From positions 3,960,001 to 3,992,000 of the forward strand of contig OZ245049.1 of the NCBI GenBank assembly GCA_965224465.1: 32,000 bases of DNA. The letters are read 5' to 3'. Source of the DNA: Flavobacteriaceae bacterium (GTDB lineage: Bacteria > Bacteroidota > Bacteroidia > Flavobacteriales > Flavobacteriaceae). Of this stretch, positions 18,403 through 27,027 are shown in pieces. A model generated the notes under the pieces. The model made no database searches. It was not told where the DNA came from and saw only the letters and a list, made by a program, of their open reading frames with translations. A program made the position numbers and the translations under genes. Position 1 is the first letter of the stretch; every line of letters begins with the position of its first letter.

Positions 18403-20382
18403 TTGATTTCTAAAAACAGCATAGACAAAGTATTTGAAGCCGCTCGTGTAGAGGAGGTGATAGGTGAATTTGTCCAACTTAAAAAATCAGGATCTAGTTA
18501 TAAAGGATTAAGTCCGTTTACTGATGAGAGAACACCTTCCTTTATGGTGTCTCCTGTCAAAGGGATTTGGAAAGATTTTAGTACAGGAAAAGGGGGGAAT
18601 AGCATCTCTTTTTTAATGGAGCATGAGCATTTTACATACCCAGAAGCCATTAAATGGTTAGCCAAAAAGTACAATATAGAAATAGAAGAAACCGAACAAA
18701 CAGATGCTCAGAAGTTACAAAATGATGAGCGTGAAAATATGTTTGTGGTTTCGGAATACGCCAAGGAGTATTTTCATAAAGTCCTGTTGGAGGATAATGA
18801 AGGAAAAGCGATTGGACTTTCGTATTTTAAGGAACGTGGTTTTACAGACGAAATTATAAAAAAATTCCAGTTAGGATATTCCTTAAACGAGTGGCATGTT
18901 TTTACAGACGAAGCTATAAATAGCGGGTATGATCTCAAATATCTTGAGAAAACAGGCTTGACCATAGTAAAAGAAAACCCTAACAACCCGAACGAACCAA
19001 GGAAGTTTGACCGTTTTAAAGGGCGAGTCCTATTTCCAATTCACAGTATGGGGGGAAGGGTACTTGGTTTTGGGGGTCGTATTTTGACCAATGATAAAAA
19101 AGCAGCCAAATACCTAAATTCGCCAGAAAGTGATATTTACCACAAGAGTAAAATATTATATGGACTGTTTCATGCCAAGCAGCTGATTGCTCGTGAGGAT
19201 AATTGTTATTTGGTAGAAGGCTATACGGATGTGATTTCTTTTCATCAATCTGGAATAGAGAATGTAGTTGCTTCTTCTGGAACCGCATTAACGTCAGATC
19301 AAATCCGATTGGTAAATCGTTTAACAAAAAACATCACCATTCTTTTTGATGGAGATGCTGCTGGAATTCGCGCGTCTCTTCGAGGGATCGATTTGATTTT
19401 GGAACAGGGAATGAATGTAAAGGTTCTGACCTTTCCTGATGGTGAGGATCCAGATAGTTTTTCTAAAAAAGTGAGCCCAGAGGAATTAAAAGTTTATTTG
19501 GACGAAAATGCTCAGGATTTTATCAAGTTCAAAGTCTCTTTATTATTAGAAGAAACCCAAAACGATCCTGTAAAAAAAGCTGGGTTAATCCGAGATATTG
19601 TTACGAGTATCTCTAAAATTCCAGACAGTATCCAACAAGAAGTGTATTTACAGGAGTGTTCACGAATTATGGACATTTCTGAGTCTGTCTTGTTTAGTGC
19701 TTTGGCTCAGTTAAATAGTAAGGAAGAGAGAGGAGATTCTAGGTCTGACTCGCAAGAACAGCCCACAATGGTAGCTGTAAAAGATGATAAACCACGAATA
19801 AAAATAAATGAAATTCGAAAATATGAGTTTCTAATTATTAAAATTCTATTGTTATACGGTAATTTGGAAGTCGATTTTATTGACTTTATAGAAGATGAAG
19901 AAAAGTCTAGACCCAACAATAGAGTTGTGAAAATGGAAGAGTTTACCAATACGGTTTCAAACGAAATTTACTTGAGTTTGCAAGATGATGAAATAGAATT
20001 TACAGATCCTGTGTTTAAAGATATCTATTTTGAAATGATGCATCAAATGAACCAAAATCAACCAATTACAGCGGATCAATTTATAAATCATCCTGACCCA
20101 GCAATCGCCGGTGTAGTTACAGATTTTCTGATGGATGATGATAAATATGAATTAAGTGATTGGGCGGCAAGAGAAGTTGTTGTGAAGCCAAAAGAAAAAT
20201 CGTTGTCCAAATTAGTCTTAGATACCATCTACAATTTAAGAAGGGTGTTAATCGTTGAGAAAATCAAAGAAATTATGGATGCTAAATGGGAGGATGATGA
20301 TCGGATGGAGAAAATGGAATTGATAATGAATTATACCAAATTAAAAATATTAATTAGTGACCGTTTGCACAGAGTAATATAG
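18403..20382 (+). CDS. dnaG: DNA primase
   Basis: 659 aa with Toprim motifs (VEGYTDVI, FDGDAAG) and a conserved N-terminal domain beginning right at the TTG start. An in-frame stop lies at 18397-18399, and the next in-frame ATG-encoded Met is residue 48. Confidence 0.9.
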   Translation: MISKNSIDKVFEAARVEEVIGEFVQLKKSGSSYKGLSPFTDERTPSFMVSPVKGIWKDFSTGKGGNSISFLMEHEHFTYPEAIKWLAKKYNIEIEETEQTDAQKLQNDERENMFVVSEYAKEYFHKVLLEDNEGKAIGLSYFKERGFTDEIIKKFQLGYSLNEWHVFTDEAINSGYDLKYLEKTGLTIVKENPNNPNEPRKFDRFKGRVLFPIHSMGGRVLGFGGRILTNDKKAAKYLNSPESDIYHKSKILYGLFHAKQLIAREDNCYLVEGYTDVISFHQSGIENVVASSGTALTSDQIRLVNRLTKNITILFDGDAAGIRASLRGIDLILEQGMNVKVLTFPDGEDPDSFSKKVSPEELKVYLDENAQDFIKFKVSLLLEETQNDPVKKAGLIRDIVTSISKIPDSIQQEVYLQECSRIMDISESVLFSALAQLNSKEERGDSRSDSQEQPTMVAVKDDKPRIKINEIRKYEFLIIKILLLYGNLEVDFIDFIEDEEKSRPNNRVVKMEEFTNTVSNEIYLSLQDDEIEFTDPVFKDIYFEMMHQMNQNQPITADQFINHPDPAIAGVVTDFLMDDDKYELSDWAAREVVVKPKEKSLSKLVLDTIYNLRRVLIVEKIKEIMDAKWEDDDRMEKMELIMNYTKLKILISDRLHRVI

Positions 20383-20389
20383 GTTATTA

Positions 20390-20493
20390 TACCAAATACA
20401 TTTCCAAGTGAAGGTTTAGAAATGGAATTATTTTTTGTCTAGCTACAACGTAAAACAACCTATTTATATCGGCCATTTTGGATTGTAATTGGA
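20390..20493 (+). repeat. MITE-like intergenic repeat, copy C (short form, internal deletion)
   Basis: Both termini are intact (TACCAAATACATTTCCAAGTGAAGG... and ...TTTTGGATTGTAATTGGA), but the central hairpin and adjacent segment are missing. It starts 7 bp after the dnaG stop. Confidence 0.8.
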
Positions 20494-20531
20494 TTGATTT
20501 TTAGAGCCTGCGATGGCCACTATTCTGATGT

Positions 20532-20576
20532 AAAAAAGCCCCGAAAAAATGATTGATCATTCTTCGGGGCTTTTTT
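20532..20576. terminator. bidirectional intrinsic terminator between dnaG and nadE
   Basis: AAAAAAGCCCCGAA...TTCGGGGCTTTTTT forms a perfect 14-bp stem. The loop contains an inner AATGAT/ATCATT stem. There is an A-run on one side and a T-run on the other. Confidence 0.85.
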
Positions 20577-20598
20577 ATTAGTTTTAAGCGGAATGTGA

Positions 20599-20786
20599 TA
20601 CCAAATGTATTTTTAAATACCTATTTATATCAAATTCATCTCCAAGTGACGGTTTAGAAATGGAATTATTTTTTGTTTTAGCTAGGCAAAAAAGGGAAGG
20701 ATAGCCGTAGCTATCGTTCTGTTTTTTAACAACGCTAGAACGTAAAATAACCTATTTATATCGGTCATTTTGGATTTTAATTGGTA
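20599..20786 (+). repeat. MITE-like intergenic repeat, copy D (long form with rearranged 5' end)
   Basis: The core and 3' module are near-identical to copy B. Between the 5' terminal inverted repeat and the core sits ~28 nt that repeats part of the element's own 3' module (AAATACCTATTTATATC). It ends exactly at the nadE stop codon. Confidence 0.85.
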
Positions 20787-21575
20787 TTACTTCCATTCGT
20801 TGGGGATCAAACACACAGGAATAGGAACTATCTTATGTTTATTTGCTCGGTTTCGTTGGGTGTATATTTTAAATACTTCCAAGTCTCTTCCTTTAAAGTC
20901 TGTATCTGTTTTTCCTTTCTCTTGAGCAGCCATGGCCCATTCTAATTCGTCGTAAGTAGCGCCTATTTGCTCTTCATCACTACGGCTATCTCCAAATAAA
21001 CCATCGGTAGGTTTTGCTTTTAAGATAGAAGAGGGGACTTGTGCATGTGCTGCTAAGGCTCTTACGTCCGATTTTAATAAATCGGCAATAGGGCTTAAAT
21101 CTACGCCTCCATCACCGTATTTTGTGAAGAATCCAACTCCGAAATCTTCTACTTTATTTCCTGTTCCAGCAACTAGTAATCCTTGGATTCCTGCAAAATA
21201 GTACAAGGTGGTCATGCGCAATCTAGCACGTGTGTTTGCCAATGATAGTGCTACTTTGTCAGAGGGTTCTATGCTAGGCAATACGTTTTTAAAGTCTTCA
21301 AATGTTGAGGTTAAATTCACTTCCAATGAGCGTACATTAGGAAAACGTTTTTTTAATTGGTCTATATGTTCTTTGGCTCTGTTTACTTGGTTTATTCCTT
21401 GGTGAATTGGCATTTCGATGCATAATAGCTCCATTCCAGTTTCTGCACAAAGCGTGGAAGTTAATGCAGAATCAATTCCGCCAGATATTCCAATTACAAA
21501 TCCGTTTACTCCAGCGTTTTCTGCATAGGATTTTAACCATTTAATAATATGTTTTGATACTTTTTCTAAATTCAT
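20787..21575 (-). CDS. nadE: ammonia-dependent NAD+ synthetase
   Basis: 262 aa with the PP-loop GISGGIDSALTS and typical NadE length and blocks. Confidence 0.92.
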   Translation of the reverse strand: MNLEKVSKHIIKWLKSYAENAGVNGFVIGISGGIDSALTSTLCAETGMELLCIEMPIHQGINQVNRAKEHIDQLKKRFPNVRSLEVNLTSTFEDFKNVLPSIEPSDKVALSLANTRARLRMTTLYYFAGIQGLLVAGTGNKVEDFGVGFFTKYGDGGVDLSPIADLLKSDVRALAAHAQVPSSILKAKPTDGLFGDSRSDEEQIGATYDELEWAMAAQEKGKTDTDFKGRDLEVFKIYTQRNRANKHKIVPIPVCLIPNEWK

Positions 21576-21591
21576 TGTAAAACTATTTTAG

Positions 21592-21599
21592 TATTTTTG
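21592..21599 (+). promoter_or_regulatory. -7 box TATTTTTG upstream of gldB
   Basis: Matches TAnnTTTG, 30 nt before the ATG at 21630. Confidence 0.45.
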
Positions 21600-21629
21600 C
21601 GATTGCTTAATAGCGTAAAGATAAAATAA

Positions 21630-22583
21630 ATGAACAAATTCCTTGCATGTTTGTGCACCCTAGTACTAGTTATTTCTTGTGGAGATACTACAAACACTCA
21701 TAGCATCACTATTACAGAGGATGTAGACGTATATCGTTTTGAACAGGATTTTTATTCGACGGATAAGAATAGCCTGTCAGATTTAAAAAAGAAAGTACCT
21801 TTTTTGTTCCCAAATCAGGTGAGTGATAGCGTTTGGCTGGCAAAAATAAACAATACTGATGAGCAAACATTGTTTGAGAAGTCTGTCAAAGTCTTTCCAG
21901 ATTTTATCCAAGAAAAACAAGCACTTGACTTGCTGTTTTCTCATGTAAAAAAATACAAGCCTAGCTTTAAATCACCAGAAGTAATTACATTGATTACCGA
22001 TTTGGATTACAAAAGTAATGTGGTCTATACAGGTGATTATTTGTTTGTAGCATTGGATATGTATTTGGGAGACACAAGCGTAGTCTACTCTGATTTCCCC
22101 TTGTATTTAAAACAAAACTATAACAAAAAGCAATTGGTGGTGGACGTAGCTTTTAAAATTTCGGCATTGGCTGTGACAAAAAACACCAAGCGCCAGTTTA
22201 TCGATAAAATGGTGACAGAAGGCAAAAAAATGTATATGATGGATGTTTTTTTACCTGAAAAATCGGATGCGGAAAAAATGGGCTATTCTAAAGAGCAATT
22301 GACATGGCTTGTAGAAAACCAAGCCAATGTTTGGAGTTATTTTATCCAACAGAAATTACTGTATAGTACAGATGCTAAATTGGGCTTGCGATTTATAGAC
22401 AATGCACCTTTTTCTAAATTTTACAATCTATCAGACAAAGATTCTCCTGGGAGAGTGGGTGTGTGGATGGGTTGGCAAATGGTGCGTTCTTATATGAAAA
22501 ACAATACAACTTCTGTCAAAGAAATGCTGAGGTTGGACGCTGATACCCTACTTAAAAAATCAAAATATAAACCAAAAAAATAA
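21630..22583 (+). CDS. gldB: gliding motility lipoprotein GldB
   Basis: 317 aa with a lipoprotein signal (LVLVISCGD). It lies directly upstream of a GldC-like gene and divergent from nadE, as I recall for Flavobacterium gldB-gldC. Confidence 0.75.
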   Translation: MNKFLACLCTLVLVISCGDTTNTHSITITEDVDVYRFEQDFYSTDKNSLSDLKKKVPFLFPNQVSDSVWLAKINNTDEQTLFEKSVKVFPDFIQEKQALDLLFSHVKKYKPSFKSPEVITLITDLDYKSNVVYTGDYLFVALDMYLGDTSVVYSDFPLYLKQNYNKKQLVVDVAFKISALAVTKNTKRQFIDKMVTEGKKMYMMDVFLPEKSDAEKMGYSKEQLTWLVENQANVWSYFIQQKLLYSTDAKLGLRFIDNAPFSKFYNLSDKDSPGRVGVWMGWQMVRSYMKNNTTSVKEMLRLDADTLLKKSKYKPKK

Positions 22584-22586
22584 ATA

Positions 22587-22922
22587 ATGGCTGTAATTAA
22601 TAAATCAAAAATTGAATTTACCATAGGACTGGACGAGAATAAAGTGCCAGAAGAAATTTCATGGACAGCAGATGATGGTGATATCAAAGATGCCGAATCA
22701 AAAGCCTTGATGATTTCCATTTGGGATAGTGAGAAAAAAGATACCCTGCGAATGGATTTGTGGACAAAAGATATGCCCGTAGATGAAATGAAAATATTTT
22801 ATCACCAAACATTGGTGTCTATGGCTAATTCTTTTGAACGTGCTACGGATGATGAGAAAATGAGTGCTACGATGCGTGATTTTTGTGATTATTTTGCGGA
22901 GAAATTAGAATTAAAAAAATAA
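22587..22922 (+). CDS. gldC: gliding motility protein GldC
   Basis: 111 aa. The blocks DENKVPEEISWTADDG and DLWTKDMPVDEMKIFYHQTL...DFCDYFAEKLELKK resemble GldC. It starts 3 nt after the gldB stop. Confidence 0.75.
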   Translation: MAVINKSKIEFTIGLDENKVPEEISWTADDGDIKDAESKALMISIWDSEKKDTLRMDLWTKDMPVDEMKIFYHQTLVSMANSFERATDDEKMSATMRDFCDYFAEKLELKK

Positions 22923-22926
22923 ATAG

Positions 22927-22964
22927 AAAACCGTGCCGTCGTAAAGATAGTGCGGTTTTTTTTT
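22927..22964 (+). terminator. intrinsic terminator of gldBC
   Basis: AAAACCGTGC-13 nt-GTGCGGTTTT (two G-U pairs) is followed by a T-run extending to 22964. Confidence 0.6.
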
Positions 22965-22971
22965 GTAGTCG

Positions 22972-23110
22972 GTTTTAGCACTGTTGTCTTTTGAGTGGGT
23001 AGTTTGCAGTTGGTGGTAGCACTGTTGCGGGTAGAGTAGGCAGTTTTAGCACTGTTGTCTTTTGAGTGGGCGGTTGCAGTTGGCGGTAGCACTGTTGCGG
23101 GTAGAGTAGG
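22972..23110. repeat. two tandem ~71/70-bp units containing four copies of TAGCACTGTTG
   Basis: Unit 1 starts at 22977 and unit 2 at 23048. They differ by a few substitutions and one 1-nt indel. The 11-mer starts at 22976, 23017, 23047 and 23087. The + strand is G/T-rich. Confidence 0.85.
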
Positions 23111-23152
23111 TAGTAGTATAGGGGTTTTGGAAAATCGTAGTTCTCTAGTTTT

Positions 23153-24292
23153 CTATTTGATTTCTTTTTTAGCTGCTTTAATCAAGTTCAAAATAGTGGT
23201 ATAATCTGCTTTGTTTTGAACAAAGTCCATTTCGGAAACGTCAATTACTAATGTGTTTAGATTTTTTTCTGTCTGGATAAAGTTTGAATACCCTTTATGG
23301 ATTTTTTCTAAGTAAGATGCTTTTATGTTTTGTTCGTAATCTCGGCCTCTTTTTTTGATGTTCTCTATCAATCTATCTGTGCTTTGATAGAGGTAAATGT
23401 ACAAATCTGGTTTGGCGATTTCTTTATACATGATGTCAAACATTTTTCGATATAAAAAAAACTCATCGCTGTGTAAGGTGATTTGTGCAAAAATAAGAGA
23501 CTTAAAAATATAGTAATCTGATAAAATAAAGTTTTTAAACAAATCAAACTGAGCCAAATCTTCTGATAATTGATGGTACCTATCGGCTAAGAAACTCATT
23601 TCTAACGGAAAAGCATAACGCTCGTTGTCTTTGTAAAATTTTGGTAAGAATGGATTGTCTGCAAAACGTTCCAAGATTATTTTAGCATTGAAATCATCAG
23701 AAATCATATTAGAAAGTGTTGTTTTACCAGCACCTATGTTTCCTTCGATGGCTATATAGTTAAAATTATCAGAAATAGAGATTGGTCTAATTAACTGAAT
23801 ATCCGTTTTTTCGATGGCTTCTGTATCTTCACAAGTTGCAGCCTCTTTAGAGATACGTTGTTTGCTTATGGGATGGATGATATGTCCTGCAATTTCTGCC
23901 AATGGAACCATTACAAAATTACGCTTGAGCATGCTTTTGTGAGGGACCAACAGGTCTTTAGAAAAAATGATCTCATCTTCAAACAATAAAATGTCTATAT
24001 CAATCACCCTGTTCGCATACCCTTTGGATCCTGAGCGGATACGCCCCATTTGTTTTTCGATTTCATGAATCGTTTGGAGTAAAATCTCTGGATTTAAACT
24101 CGTACGAACCTTGATGCAGATATTTAAAAAAGCATTGCCTTTAAACCCCCAAGCAGACGTTTTATATACCGAAGATATAGTCTGCACAGCTCCTATAGAT
24201 TCATCAATGTTATCTATCGCATTTTGAAGATTTATTTTTTGATCACCTTGGTTAGTGCCTATGGATAAATATGTTGTTCTGAGTATTTGCAT
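23153..24292 (-). CDS. folK: fusion protein: 6-hydroxymethyl-7,8-dihydropterin pyrophosphokinase (N-terminal) + deoxynucleoside kinase (C-terminal)
   Basis: Residues 1 to ~165 are HPPK-like (YLSIGTNQGD, IDIDILLFE, VPHKSMLKRNFVMVPLAEI). Residues ~178-379 are dNK-like (P-loop EGNIGAGKTT, ERFADNPFL, ADRY, lid KKRGRDYE). It is a single uninterrupted ORF. Confidence 0.85.
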   Translation of the reverse strand: MQILRTTYLSIGTNQGDQKINLQNAIDNIDESIGAVQTISSVYKTSAWGFKGNAFLNICIKVRTSLNPEILLQTIHEIEKQMGRIRSGSKGYANRVIDIDILLFEDEIIFSKDLLVPHKSMLKRNFVMVPLAEIAGHIIHPISKQRISKEAATCEDTEAIEKTDIQLIRPISISDNFNYIAIEGNIGAGKTTLSNMISDDFNAKIILERFADNPFLPKFYKDNERYAFPLEMSFLADRYHQLSEDLAQFDLFKNFILSDYYIFKSLIFAQITLHSDEFFLYRKMFDIMYKEIAKPDLYIYLYQSTDRLIENIKKRGRDYEQNIKASYLEKIHKGYSNFIQTEKNLNTLVIDVSEMDFVQNKADYTTILNLIKAAKKEIK

Positions 24293-24331
24293 ATCGAACT
24301 ACAAAGAAAAGAAAAGTATCAGATAAAAGTA

Positions 24332-24339
24332 TATATTTG
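24332..24339 (+). promoter_or_regulatory. -7 box TATATTTG upstream of sppA
   Basis: Matches TAnnTTTG, 79 nt before the ATG at 24419. Confidence 0.35.
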
Positions 24340-24418
24340 TGATTCAACTTATAAACATTTTAAAGAGACTGTAGCTTTCTGCTTGAAACTCTTTTGTTTA
24401 AATATATAAATTAAAACT

Positions 24419-26173
24419 ATGAATTTTTTAAGAAATTTAATTGCATCAATTATAGGAACTGTTATTGGTTTATTTACCTTGTTTTTTCTGTTTATTTTGA
24501 TTGCAGCAGCTGTGGGGGGGGGCAATGAAGTGGTGGTAAAAAAGAATTCTATTCTGCAAATAGCCTTAGAAGATGAAGTGAAAGATTTTGCACCTAAAGA
24601 ATCAGGTCCATTTTCCGAATTTTTAAAGTTATATGAAGGTAAATTAGGGTTGAATTCAATTTTAAACGCCATAGAAAACGCTAAAACAGATCCCAATATA
24701 AAAGGAATTAGCATAGAGAGTAATTATATAAATGCTGGTTTGGCACAAACACAAGCCATTCGTGATAAGTTGATCGACTTTAAGGAATCAGGAAAATTTG
24801 TGATGGCCTATGCCGATATGTATGACCAAAAAAAATATTACTTAAGTACGGTAGCGGATTCTGTTTTCTTGAATCCAGTTGGTGGACTAACTTTTAAAGG
24901 CTTGAGTTTGGAAGTCATGTATTTAAAAGATATTCAAAATAAGACAGGAATAAAAATGGAAGTGATTCGCCATGGAAAATATAAAAGTGCTGTTGAAATG
25001 TATTTGTCAGATAAAATGAGCCCTGCTAATCGCGAGCAAATTTCTTCTTTTTTAGGATCTATCTGGGGAGAGATGTTAGCAGATATTTCTGAAAGTAGAA
25101 ATGTGACTTTAGAAGTGTTAAATGATATTGCAGATGGTTTAAAAACAAGAACACCTCAGTTGGCTTTACAACATAATATGGTGGATGGCTTGTTGTACTT
25201 GGATCAATATGAGGAGCGTTTGCGTTTGGCGTCAGGATTGGATGCGGATGCAAAATTAATATTGGTTAAAATAGGAAAATACATTGCTTCTGGTAAAGGG
25301 AAAATTAAGTCGAAGGCAAAAGATAAAATAGCCGTTATTTATGCACAAGGTGAGATTCATTATGCCAAAGGAAACGAAGATGTTATTGGTCAAGAAATGA
25401 TGACTAAAGCCATTCGTAGAGCCGTAAAAGATAAAAATGTAAAAGCAATTGTATTGCGTGTAAATTCACCCGGAGGAAGCGCTTTGGCATCAGATTTGAT
25501 TTGGAGAGAATTGGAGTTGGCTAAGAAAGAGAAACCCTTAGTCGTGTCCATGGGGAATTATGCTGCTTCAGGTGGTTATTATATCGCTTGTAATGCAGAT
25601 AAAATATTTGCAGAACCAACTACGTTAACAGGGTCTATCGGTGTGTTTGCAACGGTGCCTAATTTTAGTGTGTTGGCAGACAATATAGGAATTAACGCAG
25701 AACAAGTAAGTACTAATAAAAGCCCCTCATATAGTGTTTTTGAACCTATGACCGACGCTTTTAGAAAAGTAGCTCAAGGTGGGGTAGAAAATGTGTACGC
25801 TACATTTATTCAACGTGTTGCGGATGGGAGAAATATGAGTATTAAAGAGGTTGATGCTATTGCTCAAGGACGTGTTTGGACTGGTGCAGAAGCTATAGAG
25901 AATGGCTTGGTAGATGTGTTAGGTAATTTGGATGATGCAGTTGCAGCAGCAGCAGAAATGGCACAGATTGAAGACTATAAAACAATTAATTTACCAGTGT
26001 ATAAAAAAGATTTTAAAGAGGTAATGGGCGGATTGCCTTTTATGAATACCAAACAAGCGATATTAAAAGAAGAGTTAGGACAAGAAAATTACCGAATTTA
26101 CCAAGACTTTAAAAGAGTCTATGGTTTAAAAGGAATGCAAGCGCGTATTCCTTATGTGTTTACTATCAAATAA
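24419..26173 (+). CDS. sppA: signal peptide peptidase SppA, 67K type
   Basis: 584 aa with an N-terminal transmembrane helix and tandem S49 domains. The second domain has [10 protein letters not shown] and the [10 protein letters not shown] serine region. Confidence 0.9.
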   Translation: MNFLRNLIASIIGTVIGLFTLFFLFILIAAAVGGGNEVVVKKNSILQIALEDEVKDFAPKESGPFSEFLKLYEGKLGLNSILNAIENAKTDPNIKGISIESNYINAGLAQTQAIRDKLIDFKESGKFVMAYADMYDQKKYYLSTVADSVFLNPVGGLTFKGLSLEVMYLKDIQNKTGIKMEVIRHGKYKSAVEMYLSDKMSPANREQISSFLGSIWGEMLADISESRNVTLEVLNDIADGLKTRTPQLALQHNMVDGLLYLDQYEERLRLASGLDADAKLILVKIGKYIASGKGKIKSKAKDKIAVIYAQGEIHYAKGNEDVIGQEMMTKAIRRAVKDKNVKAIVLRVNSPGGSALASDLIWRELELAKKEKPLVVSMGNYAASGGYYIACNADKIFAEPTTLTGSIGVFATVPNFSVLADNIGINAEQVSTNKSPSYSVFEPMTDAFRKVAQGGVENVYATFIQRVADGRNMSIKEVDAIAQGRVWTGAEAIENGLVDVLGNLDDAVAAAAEMAQIEDYKTINLPVYKKDFKEVMGGLPFMNTKQAILKEELGQENYRIYQDFKRVYGLKGMQARIPYVFTIK

Positions 26174-26199
26174 GTCTAGCATAATTTAAAAGAATAATA

Positions 26200-26799
26200 A
26201 TGAAAGTTTTTAGAAGTTTTACTACAAGTTTTTTATTGATGATTGGGCTGTTGTTGACAGCCCAAGAAGGGCAGAAAATCCCTGATTTTAATGCTAAGAA
26301 TGCAGTGGGTATTATCCGTTTTGATGAGGAAATTGCCTGTAAAAAAATGAAAGTAAAAAAGAAACCTGCTCTAGCCTTGGTTTCGAAACGTATCATTCAA
26401 TTTAATAGGGAAATGGATGAACTTAAATTTCGGCATTTTGTAAAATTAAACGATACAGAATTGTTGGTAAATATGAAACAAAGGTCTTTATGGGCATCCA
26501 AGGACTATCAAGCATTGACCGAATTGCAAATTGAAACACATGAAACTTTGAGCCCTATTAGAGTGGAAGTAGTTGCGCTTACGGATGGTTTGACAGAGGA
26601 TCTAAAAAAAATGCTTTCTAAAAAACAATTTAGAAAATGGGGGAAATATGTCACTGCTGTAAGAAGAGAATTATTTCCGTCGGTAGAAGAAAAACATAGT
26701 CCAGCCATGTCTAATAGTATGTACAACAACCGTTCTTCTGGCATGAACAGAGGGATGAACAGAGGAATGAATGGTGGAATGGGACGTAGAATGTATTAA
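26200..26799 (+). CDS. secreted hypothetical protein with C-terminal Gly/Met/Asn/Arg repeat tail
   Basis: 199 aa with a signal peptide (LLMIGLLLTAQ), a helical Lys/Glu-rich body and the tail GMNRGMNRGMNGGMGRRMY. It starts 26 bp after sppA. Confidence 0.65.
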   Translation: MKVFRSFTTSFLLMIGLLLTAQEGQKIPDFNAKNAVGIIRFDEEIACKKMKVKKKPALALVSKRIIQFNREMDELKFRHFVKLNDTELLVNMKQRSLWASKDYQALTELQIETHETLSPIRVEVVALTDGLTEDLKKMLSKKQFRKWGKYVTAVRRELFPSVEEKHSPAMSNSMYNNRSSGMNRGMNRGMNGGMGRRMY

Positions 26800-27027
26800 G
26801 TCCCTCTTCTTTTATATACAAAGAAGTGATGCTTGTTTCTAGTTAGAATTATTGTTTTATTGCATCGGTTTTTTACTTGTGGGATGGTATCATCTAGCGT
26901 TTATCTGTTGAAAATTAAAATAAGTGAAATGTAATTGCGTATTTAGCGCGTCGTGATTAAGTAGTAACGGCGTATGAAGTATGATTCAATGTGTTTCTTG
27001 AATTTAATATTGAAAAATTGTATGCTT

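Noticed and set aside
22889-23092. 67-aa - strand ORF between gldC and folK-dNK
   Set aside because: It is composed largely of the tandem-repeat translation, overlaps the gldC 3' end and its terminator, and has Thr/Ala/Lys low complexity.
22972-23110. Possible CRISPR array
   Set aside because: There are only two ~71-bp units in direct tandem with no unique spacers. The 11-mer boxes are far shorter than CRISPR repeats, and no cas genes are in the window.
26806-26826. 7-bp hairpin (CTTCTTT-7 nt-AAAGAAG) after the secreted-protein gene, considered as a terminator.
   Set aside because: The stem is short and AT-rich and no T-run follows it, so support is insufficient to call it.
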